A stretch of 64,000 bases of DNA, taken from positions 3,296,001-3,360,000 of the forward strand of contig OZ241744.1 in assembly GCA_965200965.1 (NCBI GenBank), in the 5' to 3' direction. Positions 39,519 to 49,435 of this stretch are shown here, piece after piece (position 1 is the stretch's first letter; each line of letters begins with the position of its first letter). This DNA comes from an uncultured Candidatus Binatia bacterium (GTDB lineage: Bacteria; Desulfobacterota; Binatia; Bin18). The notes beneath the pieces were generated by a model. The model ran no database searches, was not told the DNA's origin, and worked only from the letters and a program-made list of their open reading frames with translations. The position numbers and the translations under genes were made by a program.

Positions 39519-39758
39519 ATGCCCCCCAAGACCGAACAGATGAACTTGCACGGCGTCAAGTGCCCCCTCAACTGGGCCAAGGCCAAGGTCCGCCTTGAGT
39601 ACCTGGAGCGGGGCGATGTCTTAGCGCTGTTGATTGACGACCCCAAGGGACGCCGCGATATCCCGCGTGCCGCGGAAGCCGAGGGCTACGCCATCGTGGA
39701 TATCATCGAAGTCTCTGAGCCTGAACGCGCCCACTGGCGTATTCTGATTGAGAAATAA
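39519..39758 (+). CDS. TusA-family sulfur carrier
   Basis: LHGVKCPL motif; about 75 aa. Confidence 0.85.
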   Translation: MPPKTEQMNLHGVKCPLNWAKAKVRLEYLERGDVLALLIDDPKGRRDIPRAAEAEGYAIVDIIEVSEPERAHWRILIEK

Positions 39759-39768
39759 GGAGGGACAC

Positions 39769-41676
39769 ATGGACCGCGCAGGGATGCTGCTTGCCGCGTG
39801 TCTGATGCTGATGGGCGGCCCGGCCTGGGCCGTCAGCCTGGCCGAGCCGGACGGCGAAGCGCTCTACAATGAGCACTGCGCCAAGTGTCATGCCTCGGTG
39901 GCCCGGGCACCCAGACTTGGGGTCATGCGCAAACTGCCGCCCGAGTTCATTATGCGTTCGCTCGAGGTTGGCCGCATGGTCTTCCAGGGGGTGATGCGGA
40001 CCAAGGCCGAGCGACTGGCCATTGCGGCCTATATTTCAGAACGGGAGTTCGGCGCGGCCCGGGACGACGAGGCCGCCGCGTGGACCTACTGCTCGCTGCG
40101 ACCGGGCCAGCTCGATCTGTCCGAGCAGACCGCCAACTGGAACGGCTGGGGCGGTGATGTCAGCAACGCCCGCTTTCAGCCGCGGGACAAAGCTGGCCTG
40201 TCCGCGGCCGACATCCCCACGCTCAAGCTCAAATGGTCCTTCGGTCTGCCCGAGAACTACCAGACCTCCCAGCCGACCGTGTTTGGCGGCCGGGTGTATA
40301 TCGGCAGTATGCGGGGGGTCGTGTTTTCCCTGAACGCCCGGACCGGCTGTCTGTACTGGGCGTATGCGACCGGGGCCGGGGTGCGCTCCACCGTGACCGT
40401 CGGCCCTCTGGAGGGCAGCGACCCGCCGCGTTACGCAGCGCGTTACGCAGCCTACTTTGGCGATGTGGAACGCAATGTCTACGCCCTTGACGCCCGGACT
40501 GGCCAGCTCATCTGGAAAACCCGGATCGAGCAGCACCCGACCGGCCGCGTCACCGCCGGCCCGGCCCTGTACAACAACCGCCTGTACGTTGGCATGGCCT
40601 CGTTTGAAGAAGGGGCAGGCGGGGAGGCCGATTACGAGTGTTGCACCTTCCGGGGCAGCATCAGCGCGCTGAACGCCACGACCGGAGAGTTGCTGTGGAA
40701 GTCCTACACCGTTGATGAACCCGGAAAAGTCCGCAAGAATAAAATTGGCACCCAACTCTGGGGGCCGTCCGGGGCCGGGGTCTGGTCCAGCCCCACCCTT
40801 GACCCGAAGCTCAAGCGCGTCTACATCACCACCGGCGATAACTATTCAGACCCGCCCACCGACACCAGCGACGCCATCATGGCCTTTGACATGGAGACCG
40901 GCAAGCGTATCTGGACCCGGCAGTTCACCACGGGCGACGCCTTCAATATCGCCTGCGAGTCGGGCGACGACACCAACTGCCCCGAGGCACGCGGCCCCGA
41001 CCTCGACTTTGGCTCCTCGGCTATTCTGCGCGAACTGCCCGGCGGCAAACGCCTTCTGCTGGCCGGCCAGAAGTCGGGCGTGGTCCACGCCGTTGACCCC
41101 GACCAGGACGGTACGATCGTGTGGCAGCAGCGGGCCGGGGCCGGCGGCATCCTGGGCGGCATCCAGTGGGGGCCGGCCGCGGACGAGTCAAACATCTATG
41201 TGGCCCTGTCCGACGTGAAGGTCAACCTCAACCGCACCCAGGAAGGCTCCATCACCTCCTCCATTGATAGCACCCAGGGCGGAGGCATTGCCGCCTATGA
41301 CATGGCGACCGGCGAGAAACTGTGGTTCACCCCGCCGCCCGGCTGTGGCGACAAGGCGAATTGCAGCCCGGCCCAGTCCGCGGCCATCTCGGTCCTGCCC
41401 GGCGTGGTGTTCTCCGGCTCGGTTGACGGCCACCTGCGGGCCTACTCAACCCGGGACGGGTCTATCGTGTGGGACTACGACACCGCCCAGGAATACTACT
41501 CGGTCAACGATGTCAACACCAGAGGCGGCTCACTTGACGGCCCCGGCCCGACCATTGCCGGCGGCATGGTGTATGTCTATTCCGGCTATGGCTTCTGGGG
41601 CGGTATGCCGGGCAACGCCCTGCTTGCCTTTGAGGCCGCGGCCGACAACGGCACGGCCGCCTCAAGCGGCGAATAA
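39769..41676 (+). CDS. PQQ-dependent dehydrogenase with N-terminal cytochrome c (polyvinyl-alcohol dehydrogenase-like)
   Basis: Signal peptide, CAKCH heme motif, YECCTFRGS, GPSGAGVWS, GPDLDFG and GQKSG. Confidence 0.9.
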   Translation: MDRAGMLLAACLMLMGGPAWAVSLAEPDGEALYNEHCAKCHASVARAPRLGVMRKLPPEFIMRSLEVGRMVFQGVMRTKAERLAIAAYISEREFGAARDDEAAAWTYCSLRPGQLDLSEQTANWNGWGGDVSNARFQPRDKAGLSAADIPTLKLKWSFGLPENYQTSQPTVFGGRVYIGSMRGVVFSLNARTGCLYWAYATGAGVRSTVTVGPLEGSDPPRYAARYAAYFGDVERNVYALDARTGQLIWKTRIEQHPTGRVTAGPALYNNRLYVGMASFEEGAGGEADYECCTFRGSISALNATTGELLWKSYTVDEPGKVRKNKIGTQLWGPSGAGVWSSPTLDPKLKRVYITTGDNYSDPPTDTSDAIMAFDMETGKRIWTRQFTTGDAFNIACESGDDTNCPEARGPDLDFGSSAILRELPGGKRLLLAGQKSGVVHAVDPDQDGTIVWQQRAGAGGILGGIQWGPAADESNIYVALSDVKVNLNRTQEGSITSSIDSTQGGGIAAYDMATGEKLWFTPPPGCGDKANCSPAQSAAISVLPGVVFSGSVDGHLRAYSTRDGSIVWDYDTAQEYYSVNDVNTRGGSLDGPGPTIAGGMVYVYSGYGFWGGMPGNALLAFEAAADNGTAASSGE

Positions 41677-41701
41677 TTCCCTTGTTCTCTGCCTGCCTTG
41701 A

Positions 41702-41889
41702 GTCCAGCAAGATCAAACCAGGGAGTTCATCAAATACCAGATTGAGCGAATCCGTATTCTCTCCATTGTTGTTCTGGCTCCGGCTGGAGGAGGGCTGAGT
41801 CTGATTTTGGGCGATCTGTCTGGACTACGCCTTTTCTGGTGGTTGTTGGGATTTTGCTGATTGTGCTGCTCCTGGAGTTGCTCAGATAA
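41702..41889 (+). pseudogene. Remnant of a small two-TM membrane protein gene
   Basis: EFIKYQIERIRILSIVVLAPAGGGLSLILG continues as LVVVGILLIVLLLELLR* only after a frameshift near 41835; no start codon. Confidence 0.35.
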
Positions 41890-41922
41890 GGAGACCCCGC
41901 CCTTCCTGCCCTTTTGAGGACG

Positions 41923-42033
41923 ATGCTCATGCTTGACATCATTGCCGGATTTCCTGCGGCTTGGTTGGCTGTTGTCATCGGCTACGGCTTCTGGCGTATT
42001 TCCAGGCAGGGCCTCCCCAAACAGCCCGGCTGA
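41923..42033 (+). CDS. Small single-TM peptide (36 aa)
   Basis: GAGGA RBS; MLMLDIIAGFPAAWLAVVIGYGFWRISRQGLPKQPG*. Confidence 0.4.
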   Translation: MLMLDIIAGFPAAWLAVVIGYGFWRISRQGLPKQPG

Positions 42034-42101
42034 GCGGAGCCCTCAGCGAAACACCCGCTCGCCGGTCGCAAACAGCAGCCACACCCCTATGCCGGGGCTG
42101 C

Positions 42102-42515
42102 TCATCCGGCCTGGCCCCTGCCGCTGACCTTATGCAGTGAGCCATCGCTCAGCCTGAAGTACACGGCCACCGCTTCCCCCTCACCGGGCAGCGGCAGGCT
42201 CAACTCATCGGGGTTGGCCTCGTAGTACAGGCGTTCGGCCTCGTGGCACAGAGAGAGAAAGCCGGCGAGGGCGGCCTTATACTCACGCTCACTTACCGCG
42301 AGGCTTCGGAGCCGGAACAGTTCGTCATCCTGCCGGTGAATCTGTTGCCACAGCTCGGGCCGTCGCTCCATCAGCCACCCGTCAATACCCCCGAAGTCCG
42401 GACCGAGGCCGCGGGTGTGGTCAACATAGGCCCGCTGCAAGGCCCGCGGGTCAGACACGACTGGCCGGGGTCGGGCCGGTTGTCTCCTGCGTTTGGGCGC
42501 GGTCTGTGTTCTCAT
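42102..42515 (-). CDS. Hypothetical protein
   Basis: ORF with plausible composition; no recognised motif. Confidence 0.55.
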   Translation of the reverse strand: MRTQTAPKRRRQPARPRPVVSDPRALQRAYVDHTRGLGPDFGGIDGWLMERRPELWQQIHRQDDELFRLRSLAVSEREYKAALAGFLSLCHEAERLYYEANPDELSLPLPGEGEAVAVYFRLSDGSLHKVSGRGQAG

Positions 42516-42603
42516 ACTGCTTTTCTATAAGCGAAAGAAAAGCGAAAGCAAGTGGGGAGGGGGGTATAACACCCAAGGCATGAGCTCGTGGGGAAAGCCG
42601 GGC

Positions 42604-45600
42604 TTACTGGCCGACTGGCGGGGGCAGCGGGGTCAGGACGAAGTTCTGGGTGGCCTCCTGCCACACCAGCCGGACCTGTTCTCCGGGGCCGGGGAAGTCG
42701 GCTACAAGCGTTTCTCCGGCGGCGTCCCGGACGAACTCTTCGCCGAGGCCGGTAACGGTGAAGGTGGCGGTGTCGAGCGCTTCGCCATTGACGAGCAGCC
42801 GGGCGGTATGCGTGCCGTCGCCGAGGAGGTTCCAGTTGAATAACAGCCCGAAGCCGTTGTCGCTGTCGCCGCACACCGCACGGGTGTCGGCCCGGCCGGT
42901 GCCGTAGGCCGGTTCGAGCATGATGGTCCCGTTCACCTCAACCTCGACCCGCTCGGCCTCACACACCCAGCCCGACACCAGGCCGATGCCGCTCTGGTAG
43001 GACCCGGTCCCCGGTACCTCCAGGATGGCTCTCTCCCCGGCCGGCGGGGTGGGCTGCGTCAGCCGGCCCACGATCGGGGCCAGCATGAAGTTCTGGGTGG
43101 CCTCCTGCCACACCAGCCGGACCTGTTCTCCGGGGCCGGGGAAGTCGGCTACAAGCGTTTCTCCGGCGGCGTCCCGGACGAACTCTTCGCCGAGGCCGGT
43201 AACGGTGAAGGTGGCGGTGTCGAGCGCTTCGCCATTGACGAGCAGCCGGGCGGTATGCGTACCGTCGCCGAGGAGGTTCCAGTTGAACATCAGCCCGAAG
43301 CCGTTGTCGCTGTCGCCGCACACCGCACGGGTGTCGGCCCGGCCGGTGCCGTAGGCCGGTTCGAGCATGATGGTCCCGTTCACCTCAACCTCGACCCGCT
43401 CGGCCTCACACACCCAGCCCGACACCGGGCCGATGCCGCTCTGGTGGGACTCGGGCCTGGGGTTTTCGAGGTAGCCGATGAGCAGGGATGTTTCCAGGGT
43501 GTAGGGCCCCGACTGATGTGGGGTGCCTTCGACGGCCAGCAGATAGTCGCCCGGGGTGACGGAGATGCTGGACCGAAAGCCCGGCCGCTCGCTCCGGCCT
43601 CGGGCGGTGGCCAGGACGCCCCCGGTCTCGGCCTCGGAGAGCGTGCCTTGGGTGTGGAGGTGGCCGGTGGTTCTGAGGAGCAGCCGGGCGGCGACTGGTA
43701 CGCGCAGGCGGAAGTAGTCCACATCCCCAATGGGATGGATCCAGCCGGTGATGCGGGCGATCCCCCCGAAGGCCGGCAGGTCTACCAGGGTCGCTTCCTC
43801 CGGGCTGTCGCCGTGTCGGTCGCCCGGCGGCTGTCCGGACGGGGGGGCAGGGGGAAGGTCGGGCAGGGGGGGACTGGCCGGGCGGAACTGTTCTACCGTC
43901 AGCCGGGCCGTGTTGCCGGTCGTGCCATCTTCCACCACCACGAGGGCGGGGTCGAAGATCAGGGGGGTCAGCGAGCCGGTCAACTGGTTGCCCGTGCCGC
44001 TGTTGGCTGTAAAGAGAGCAGTCGTCGAGCTGGTCGCTGTGCCGCGCGGGTTGGTGACAATGTCGGCTGGAAAGAGATTGGCACTTGTACTGGTGGCCAT
44101 GCCTCCCTGGCCTACGATGTCGTAGCGGTTGGCCGACACGTCACCAAAGACATTGCCCTGGCCTGTAACCATCACCCGGTTATTATTGGCCAGCCCGGAG
44201 TCGCCGGCCAGCAGCCGCAGCCCCGCGCCGGCCGCATGTCCGGTGAACTCGTTGTCGGTCAGGGTGGCGGATACCGTGTTGCCGGAGACCACCGGCAGGC
44301 CCGGCGGGGGAGTAAACGGGGCTCCGCTGTCCAACCATTGTTGACGGAGGACACGGCCGCCAATGAGGGCAATCCCGTCCCGTCCGTTGTTCCTGAGCTG
44401 GTTCTGGCTCAGGGTGGCCGTGACGGTGTTGTTGTCGGCCAGAAAGTCCCCGCCGATCACGATAATCCCCGTGTCATAATTGTTCTGCACCGTGTTGCTC
44501 TCAAGCGTCACAGTCAGGCTGTTGTTCGAGCTCGACCGGTAGGAGCCTCCTGGAAAGTCACAGCGGGAGGAGTGGACATTGGTGCCGTGTTCCCCGCCGT
44601 AGAGCAGAATAGCGGGTATGGGCCGGTTGTCTATTGTGATGGGGTAGGAACCGATGTTGGTATGAGGGGGCCCGGGGGGGGGGGGGATGATGCCGCCGTT
44701 GCTCGACAGGGTATTGCGGGCGATAGTGGCGGTCATCTGGCTGTTGCGTGCCCCGCAACTCCCCGCGGTCAGTTGAATCCCGGGATTGTACCTGTAATCC
44801 TCAATCCGGTTATCAAGGATGTGGAGGTCGGTGATCCGCATGGCGGACCCGAACGGAGACCACGCCCGAATTCTGGCCCCAAGGGGCTCTTCCCCAATAG
44901 GGGCAATCCCATCGTTCCCGATGAGGAGATGATTCCCCCGGATCGTGGTGTTGGTGATGGCGAAGTCTGTGGTACTGAGCGGGTCCGGACCGCCGGCTAT
45001 ACGCGTATTGTTCCGAAGGTTGATGCCGACTATCCCGCCCCTGATGATGTTGCGTTTGGTGGCCAGGACGGAGGGGGGGTCGGTCAGGGATGCGCCGATG
45101 GTGGTACCGTCAATGAAGGAACGGGAGCGGTAGGTGTAGAAGCCGATCCCATAAGAATTCCGGTTGGAGAGGCCGCCGCTATTGAAGAGAAAGGTGTTGC
45201 CGGTGATGGTGGTGTTGCGTATGCCCCCGGGGCCCCGCGCAGTTTGGCTTGAGCCGGCCTGAAACCGAATGCCTGCGCCACCTGGATCATAGGTCCTGTT
45301 GTCAATGATATTATTGGTGATGGTGTTGCCGGTGATGCTGCTGATAGCACCCGGTGTGCTCGTGGCCCCGATGAAGTGAGAGAGGTATACGCCGGCGATA
45401 GCAAAATGTTTGATCGTGAGGTTGGTGATGGTGTTGTTATCCGAGAGGATGCCAAAGATCCAATAGGCTGGCCAATCGTAAGGGGGGGGGTGGTTCGGGT
45501 CCCCCGTGCCTTGTTGTTGTCGGGTGAGTGCGCTCTGTACGATGACGTCGGGCGTTCCGTCGCTGTTCACGTCACCATCGATCGTGAGGTTGCCCTCGCA

Positions 45601-46005
45601 CATCCACGGCAGAAAAAATTCCCTGTTGCCGAGTGTAATGGTCCGGGCGGTTGAGCTCGCGGTCGGCGCAAAGGCCGTAGAATCAAAGCGGATCGTATCG
45701 GCCTCGTCATTATTGTCGGCCCGGATCAGGGCTTCGCGCAGGGTCAGGGGGGTGGTAGACGCGGACATGACCGCCTGCTTAGTCACCCCGGTCGCGGTGT
45801 GACAGAGCGTAGAGGAGCTCCGCATGACGGTCGCATATGCTCTACTGACCGTATCGGCATTGCTGGTGACGGTGAGGGTCTCAGCGAGGCCGGCCGCCGG
45901 ACACAGGCTCAGCAGCAGGATGAGTGCAACGACGAGGATATTCCCCCCCCCCCCCCCCCCGCATTTTTGGGGGCGAAGTCGTAAACGCGGCGGCTGGCAT
46001 GACAC
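42604..46005 (-). CDS. Large exported/surface protein: beta-helix-like region, PPC-like domain and two C-terminal repeat domains
   Basis: Signal peptide, LTVTSNAD..LTLREAL, N/T-rich repeats, Pro linker, GDVDYFRL, and two copies of SGIGxVSGWVCEAE...CGDSDNGFGL.FNWNLLGDG. Confidence 0.8.
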   Translation of the reverse strand: MSCQPPRLRLRPQKCGGGGGGNILVVALILLLSLCPAAGLAETLTVTSNADTVSRAYATVMRSSSTLCHTATGVTKQAVMSASTTPLTLREALIRADNNDEADTIRFDSTAFAPTASSTARTITLGNREFFLPWMCEGNLTIDGDVNSDGTPDVIVQSALTRQQQGTGDPNHPPPYDWPAYWIFGILSDNNTITNLTIKHFAIAGVYLSHFIGATSTPGAISSITGNTITNNIIDNRTYDPGGAGIRFQAGSSQTARGPGGIRNTTITGNTFLFNSGGLSNRNSYGIGFYTYRSRSFIDGTTIGASLTDPPSVLATKRNIIRGGIVGINLRNNTRIAGGPDPLSTTDFAITNTTIRGNHLLIGNDGIAPIGEEPLGARIRAWSPFGSAMRITDLHILDNRIEDYRYNPGIQLTAGSCGARNSQMTATIARNTLSSNGGIIPPPPGPPHTNIGSYPITIDNRPIPAILLYGGEHGTNVHSSRCDFPGGSYRSSSNNSLTVTLESNTVQNNYDTGIIVIGGDFLADNNTVTATLSQNQLRNNGRDGIALIGGRVLRQQWLDSGAPFTPPPGLPVVSGNTVSATLTDNEFTGHAAGAGLRLLAGDSGLANNNRVMVTGQGNVFGDVSANRYDIVGQGGMATSTSANLFPADIVTNPRGTATSSTTALFTANSGTGNQLTGSLTPLIFDPALVVVEDGTTGNTARLTVEQFRPASPPLPDLPPAPPSGQPPGDRHGDSPEEATLVDLPAFGGIARITGWIHPIGDVDYFRLRVPVAARLLLRTTGHLHTQGTLSEAETGGVLATARGRSERPGFRSSISVTPGDYLLAVEGTPHQSGPYTLETSLLIGYLENPRPESHQSGIGPVSGWVCEAERVEVEVNGTIMLEPAYGTGRADTRAVCGDSDNGFGLMFNWNLLGDGTHTARLLVNGEALDTATFTVTGLGEEFVRDAAGETLVADFPGPGEQVRLVWQEATQNFMLAPIVGRLTQPTPPAGERAILEVPGTGSYQSGIGLVSGWVCEAERVEVEVNGTIMLEPAYGTGRADTRAVCGDSDNGFGLLFNWNLLGDGTHTARLLVNGEALDTATFTVTGLGEEFVRDAAGETLVADFPGPGEQVRLVWQEATQNFVLTPLPPPVGQ
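42640..43445. repeat. Near-identical 359-bp direct repeat (42640-42998 and 43087-43445)
   Basis: Offset 447 bp (149 codons); about 4 mismatches seen by eye. Confidence 0.92.
45943..45960 (-). repeat. G18 homopolymer in the 5' coding region (candidate contingency locus)
   Basis: 18 consecutive C on the + strand. Confidence 0.85.
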
Positions 46006-46096
46006 TGCTTCGGCTCCCTGGCATGGTACAGGTGGCAGTCAGTCTGATCTCTCTGAGGGGCCCTAGAATACAAAAAGCCGGCGGTTTGTCAATACC

Positions 46097-46969
46097 TCAG
46101 CTTTTCTCCGAAGCGGTTCTGGCCAGGACCTGGCCGGCGGCCTCTTCAAGCGAGGGGGGGTGTGGCGCGTCTTTATACCCGGACAGGCGGCGGTAGACCT
46201 CGGCCGCGGCGCGGTGGAAGCCGTCCGGCAGGCCGGCGGCCGCAAAGGTGTCGGCAATCTCTTGCATCTCGCCGCTGAAACGCCAGGCTTTCCTGGCGTT
46301 GGCCCGCATCGCGGCGGCCGATCGCTGGGGCAGCCCGGCCTGTGAGCGTTCCCATTCGCTGGTCAGGGCGGCGTCAACACCCTCGTGGATGGCCAGGGTC
46401 CGAATCGCAATCAGCAGCGCGGCCGCGCCCTTGGTATAGGCCGCATACGTCATCTTGAGTGCTGAGGCGGCCCCCGGCGAACCGGCAAGGACCAGCGCTT
46501 CAAGCGGCCCGCGACGAAAGCCGGCGGCCACCCGCGCCGCCTCCGCGCCGGACAGGTACAGGCGGGTTGTGCCCGGTTTGCGGGCCGGCGGACCGATGAG
46601 CGCACCGTCAACAAAGCGCGCCCCGCCGGCCTCGACAATCTGCCGGATGGCGCGGCTGGTGGCGGGCGAGACGGCATTGGCGTCTACATAGATGCCCGAG
46701 AAGTGCCGACCGGCGACGCTGCCGGCCAGCGCGGCCGCGGCGTGGGGCGGACAGACGCTGAGGATGATGTGGCTGCGTTCAAGCAGCGCGGAGACAGAAC
46801 CGAGGTCGGTCAGCCGCGCCTCCTCGGCCCGGCTGCGGGTCTGGGGACTCCGCCCGGCTGAGGCCCAGACCACCTGCGCCTCGTTCAGCCGGGCGGCCGC
46901 TCCAAGCGTTGCTCCCATTTCTCCGGGATGGAGAAGACCAATTGTATGGCTCGGGCCGGGTCTGCTCAT
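46097..46969 (-). CDS. NAD(P)-dependent oxidoreductase (6PGD-like, DUF1932)
   Basis: GLLHPGEMG, YVDANAVSP, ASALKMTYAAYTKG and KAWRFSGEM. Confidence 0.88.
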   Translation of the reverse strand: MSRPGPSHTIGLLHPGEMGATLGAAARLNEAQVVWASAGRSPQTRSRAEEARLTDLGSVSALLERSHIILSVCPPHAAAALAGSVAGRHFSGIYVDANAVSPATSRAIRQIVEAGGARFVDGALIGPPARKPGTTRLYLSGAEAARVAAGFRRGPLEALVLAGSPGAASALKMTYAAYTKGAAALLIAIRTLAIHEGVDAALTSEWERSQAGLPQRSAAAMRANARKAWRFSGEMQEIADTFAAAGLPDGFHRAAAEVYRRLSGYKDAPHPPSLEEAAGQVLARTASEKS

Positions 46970-47049
46970 ACCCTGTTCATCCTCCCTCCGGCGTGCTAGT
47001 CAAAAGGCCGCTGTCAGCCCCGCACACTCGTTCAACCGAAAGTCGCCCC

Positions 47050-48395
47050 TTGGACGCCGCTTCTTCTCCGCACGATGCCCGGTCTGTCTCTCCTCGGCGG
47101 CGCATCCTCAGCCTGGCCCTGCCCATCATGGGCGGCATGGTATCCCAGAATATCATGAACCTGGTCGATACGGCTATGGTTGGCTCGCTCGGCGACGATG
47201 CGCTGGCCGCGGTCGGCCTGGCCGGATTTACGACCTTCACCTGTGGCGCGTTTATTCTCGGTCTCTCAACCGGCGTCCAGGCCACCTCGGCACGCTGGCT
47301 GGGGGCGGGGCGAAACGGCGAGATTGCCCTGCCCTTGAACGGCGGGCTGCTGCTGGTCCTGGTCCTGGGGATACCGCTGTCGGTGTGGCTCATCCGGGTC
47401 GCCCCCGGTTTCTTTCCGCTCCTCAGCCACGATGCCGCGGTGACCAGTCAGGGCACGCTCTACCTCCAGGCCCGGCTGGTCGGCCTGACGGCGATGGGAA
47501 CAAACTTTGTATTTCGTGGCTACTGGAACGCGGTCAATCTGTCGGCGATCTATATGCGCACGATCATCCTCATGAATGTCACCAATATCTTTCTGAACTG
47601 GGTGCTGATATTCGGCAACCTGGGCGCGCCGGCGCTCGGCGTGTTGGGGGCCGGGATTGGGACAACGACAGCGCTGTCAATTGGCTCACTGGCCTATGTG
47701 TTGACCGCCTGCCGGCGGGCCCGGGCGGGGGGCTTTCTGGTCCGGTGGCCGGACCGGGCAATCCTGTGGACGCTGCTCCGGCTGTCAACCCCGGCCGGCG
47801 TCCAGCATGTGTTCTTTGCCCTGGGCATGACGCTGTTCTTCTGGATTCTGGGCACGATCGGCACGGCTGAGCTGGCGGCCGGCCATGTGCTGTCAAATTT
47901 CCTGCTGCTGTGGATGTTGCTGACCAACGGCTTTGGGCTGGCCGCGGCCTCGCTGGTCGGCCAGGCCTTGGGGGCCGACGCGGTTGACGAGGCGCGGGCC
48001 TGGGCTTGGCGGGTCGTCCGGCTGGCAATGGTGTGTGTGGGGCTGCTGGCACTCCCGGCCGCGCTGCTCCCCGACATGTTCCTGGGCCTCTTTTTGCGCG
48101 ACCCGGCCACGCTCGGCCTGGCCCGTCTGCCGCTCCAGCTCACCGCCGCGGCAATGGCTCCCGAAGTCATCGGCATGGTGCTGATGAGTGCCCACTACGG
48201 GGCCGGCCACAGCCGGCGGGTGATGGTGATTTCCCTGGCCCTCCAGTGGTGTTGCTTTCTGCCCCTGGCGTTTGTGCTGAGCGCGGCCTGGGGCTGTTGG
48301 CGATCTGGAATCTGAACATCGGCTACCGTCTGCTCCAGTCCGCGGTCTTTGTCTGGAGCTGGCAGACCGGCGGCTGGGCGCGGGTTCGCATCTGA
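47050..48395 (+). pseudogene. MATE efflux transporter with a frameshift near 48283
   Basis: LALPIMGGMVSQNIMNLVDTAMVG and NIFLNWVLIFGNLGAPALGV.GAG; the last TM segment (GLGLLAIW...GGWARVRI*) is in another frame. Confidence 0.75.
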
Positions 48396-48399
48396 AGCG

Positions 48400-49419
48400 C
48401 TAGTCTGAGAAGGCTTCGATCAGCGTGTTGCGGTAGTGGTCGCGCTGCTCGGCCGTGGTGCCGGTATTGGGTACGGCCACAATAACGGTGTCGAGCAGGC
48501 CGTCGCGCTCTTTGACCCTGGCCCGTACCCGGTCAACCGGGCCGACCGCGCAAAAGGCGTCCACCATGTCCTTGGGGATCAGTTCAATCGCGTCGAGGCG
48601 CTGCCGGCTGCGCTGGGTGGCGCGGACCTGAGCCACGGTGTCGGCAAAGCCGTGGGCAGCAAAAACATCATCATAGATCATCGCCCAGATGCTGAACAGC
48701 ATGGCCCCCGCCCCGACCCGGTAGGCGGTCGCCAGGTCGTCATCCACCACCGCAAAGCACTGGCCGAGCACCTCAATGTCCGAGCGCTGGCGGCCAGCTT
48801 TGCGCAGGCCGGCCGCCAGGTTGGGCACGATAGTGTCAGCGATGTGCTTGGGAGAGAACATCGGGTTGCCGACCAGGCCGTCGGCAAGCTCGCCGGTCAG
48901 GGCGGCCATGCGGGGTTTGACCGCGGCCAGATAGATCGGCACCTGTGGGCGCGGCTGGGGGTTTGCGCGGCCAAAAAAATTGCGCGCCCGAATCTGGTAG
49001 AACCGGCCGTCGTAGTCGATACTGCCGCCGCCCTGCTGGGCCGTGTCCATGACCAGCCGCAGGACCTCGATATACTCCCGCATCTGCGCGACCGGCTTGC
49101 CGGCGTCATGGCCGGCATACCAGTTGGTGTTGCGGTTTGGGTGGGCCACGCCCAGCCCCAGGATAAACCGGCCGTGGCTGAAATAGTCCAGGTCGAGCGC
49201 CTCAAAGGCCAGCATGACCGGGCTGTGGGTAAAGGCCAGGACCACCCCGGCACCGAGTTTGATCCGCTCAACGGCTGGGGCCACCGCGGCCAGCGGGAGC
49301 AGCGCCGAGTTGGTCAGCTCTCCCTGCCAGACAGAGGCAAAGCCGGCCCGCTCAAGTTTGCGCGCCCACTCGATCATGGTGTCGGGGGTGTCGTAGGGCA
49401 GAAACATGGCGTATTGCAT
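48400..49419 (-). CDS. LLM-class (possibly F420-dependent) oxidoreductase
   Basis: GFASVWQGE, GRFILGLG, PIYLAAV and GELADG. Confidence 0.88.
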   Translation of the reverse strand: MQYAMFLPYDTPDTMIEWARKLERAGFASVWQGELTNSALLPLAAVAPAVERIKLGAGVVLAFTHSPVMLAFEALDLDYFSHGRFILGLGVAHPNRNTNWYAGHDAGKPVAQMREYIEVLRLVMDTAQQGGGSIDYDGRFYQIRARNFFGRANPQPRPQVPIYLAAVKPRMAALTGELADGLVGNPMFSPKHIADTIVPNLAAGLRKAGRQRSDIEVLGQCFAVVDDDLATAYRVGAGAMLFSIWAMIYDDVFAAHGFADTVAQVRATQRSRQRLDAIELIPKDMVDAFCAVGPVDRVRARVKERDGLLDTVIVAVPNTGTTAEQRDHYRNTLIEAFSD

Positions 49420-49435
49420 GGCGGCGCACTCCTGT

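Noticed and set aside
40429-40451. Micro-duplications in coding regions (12 bp here; 21-bp-offset repeats at 28130-28160 and 62156-62189)
   Set aside because: Short in-frame slippage events with no shared sequence; no evidence of a system.
42640-43445. Diversity-generating retroelement template/variable repeat pair
   Set aside because: Both copies are in-frame coding domains of one protein, only about 4 differences exist, and no reverse transcriptase is present.
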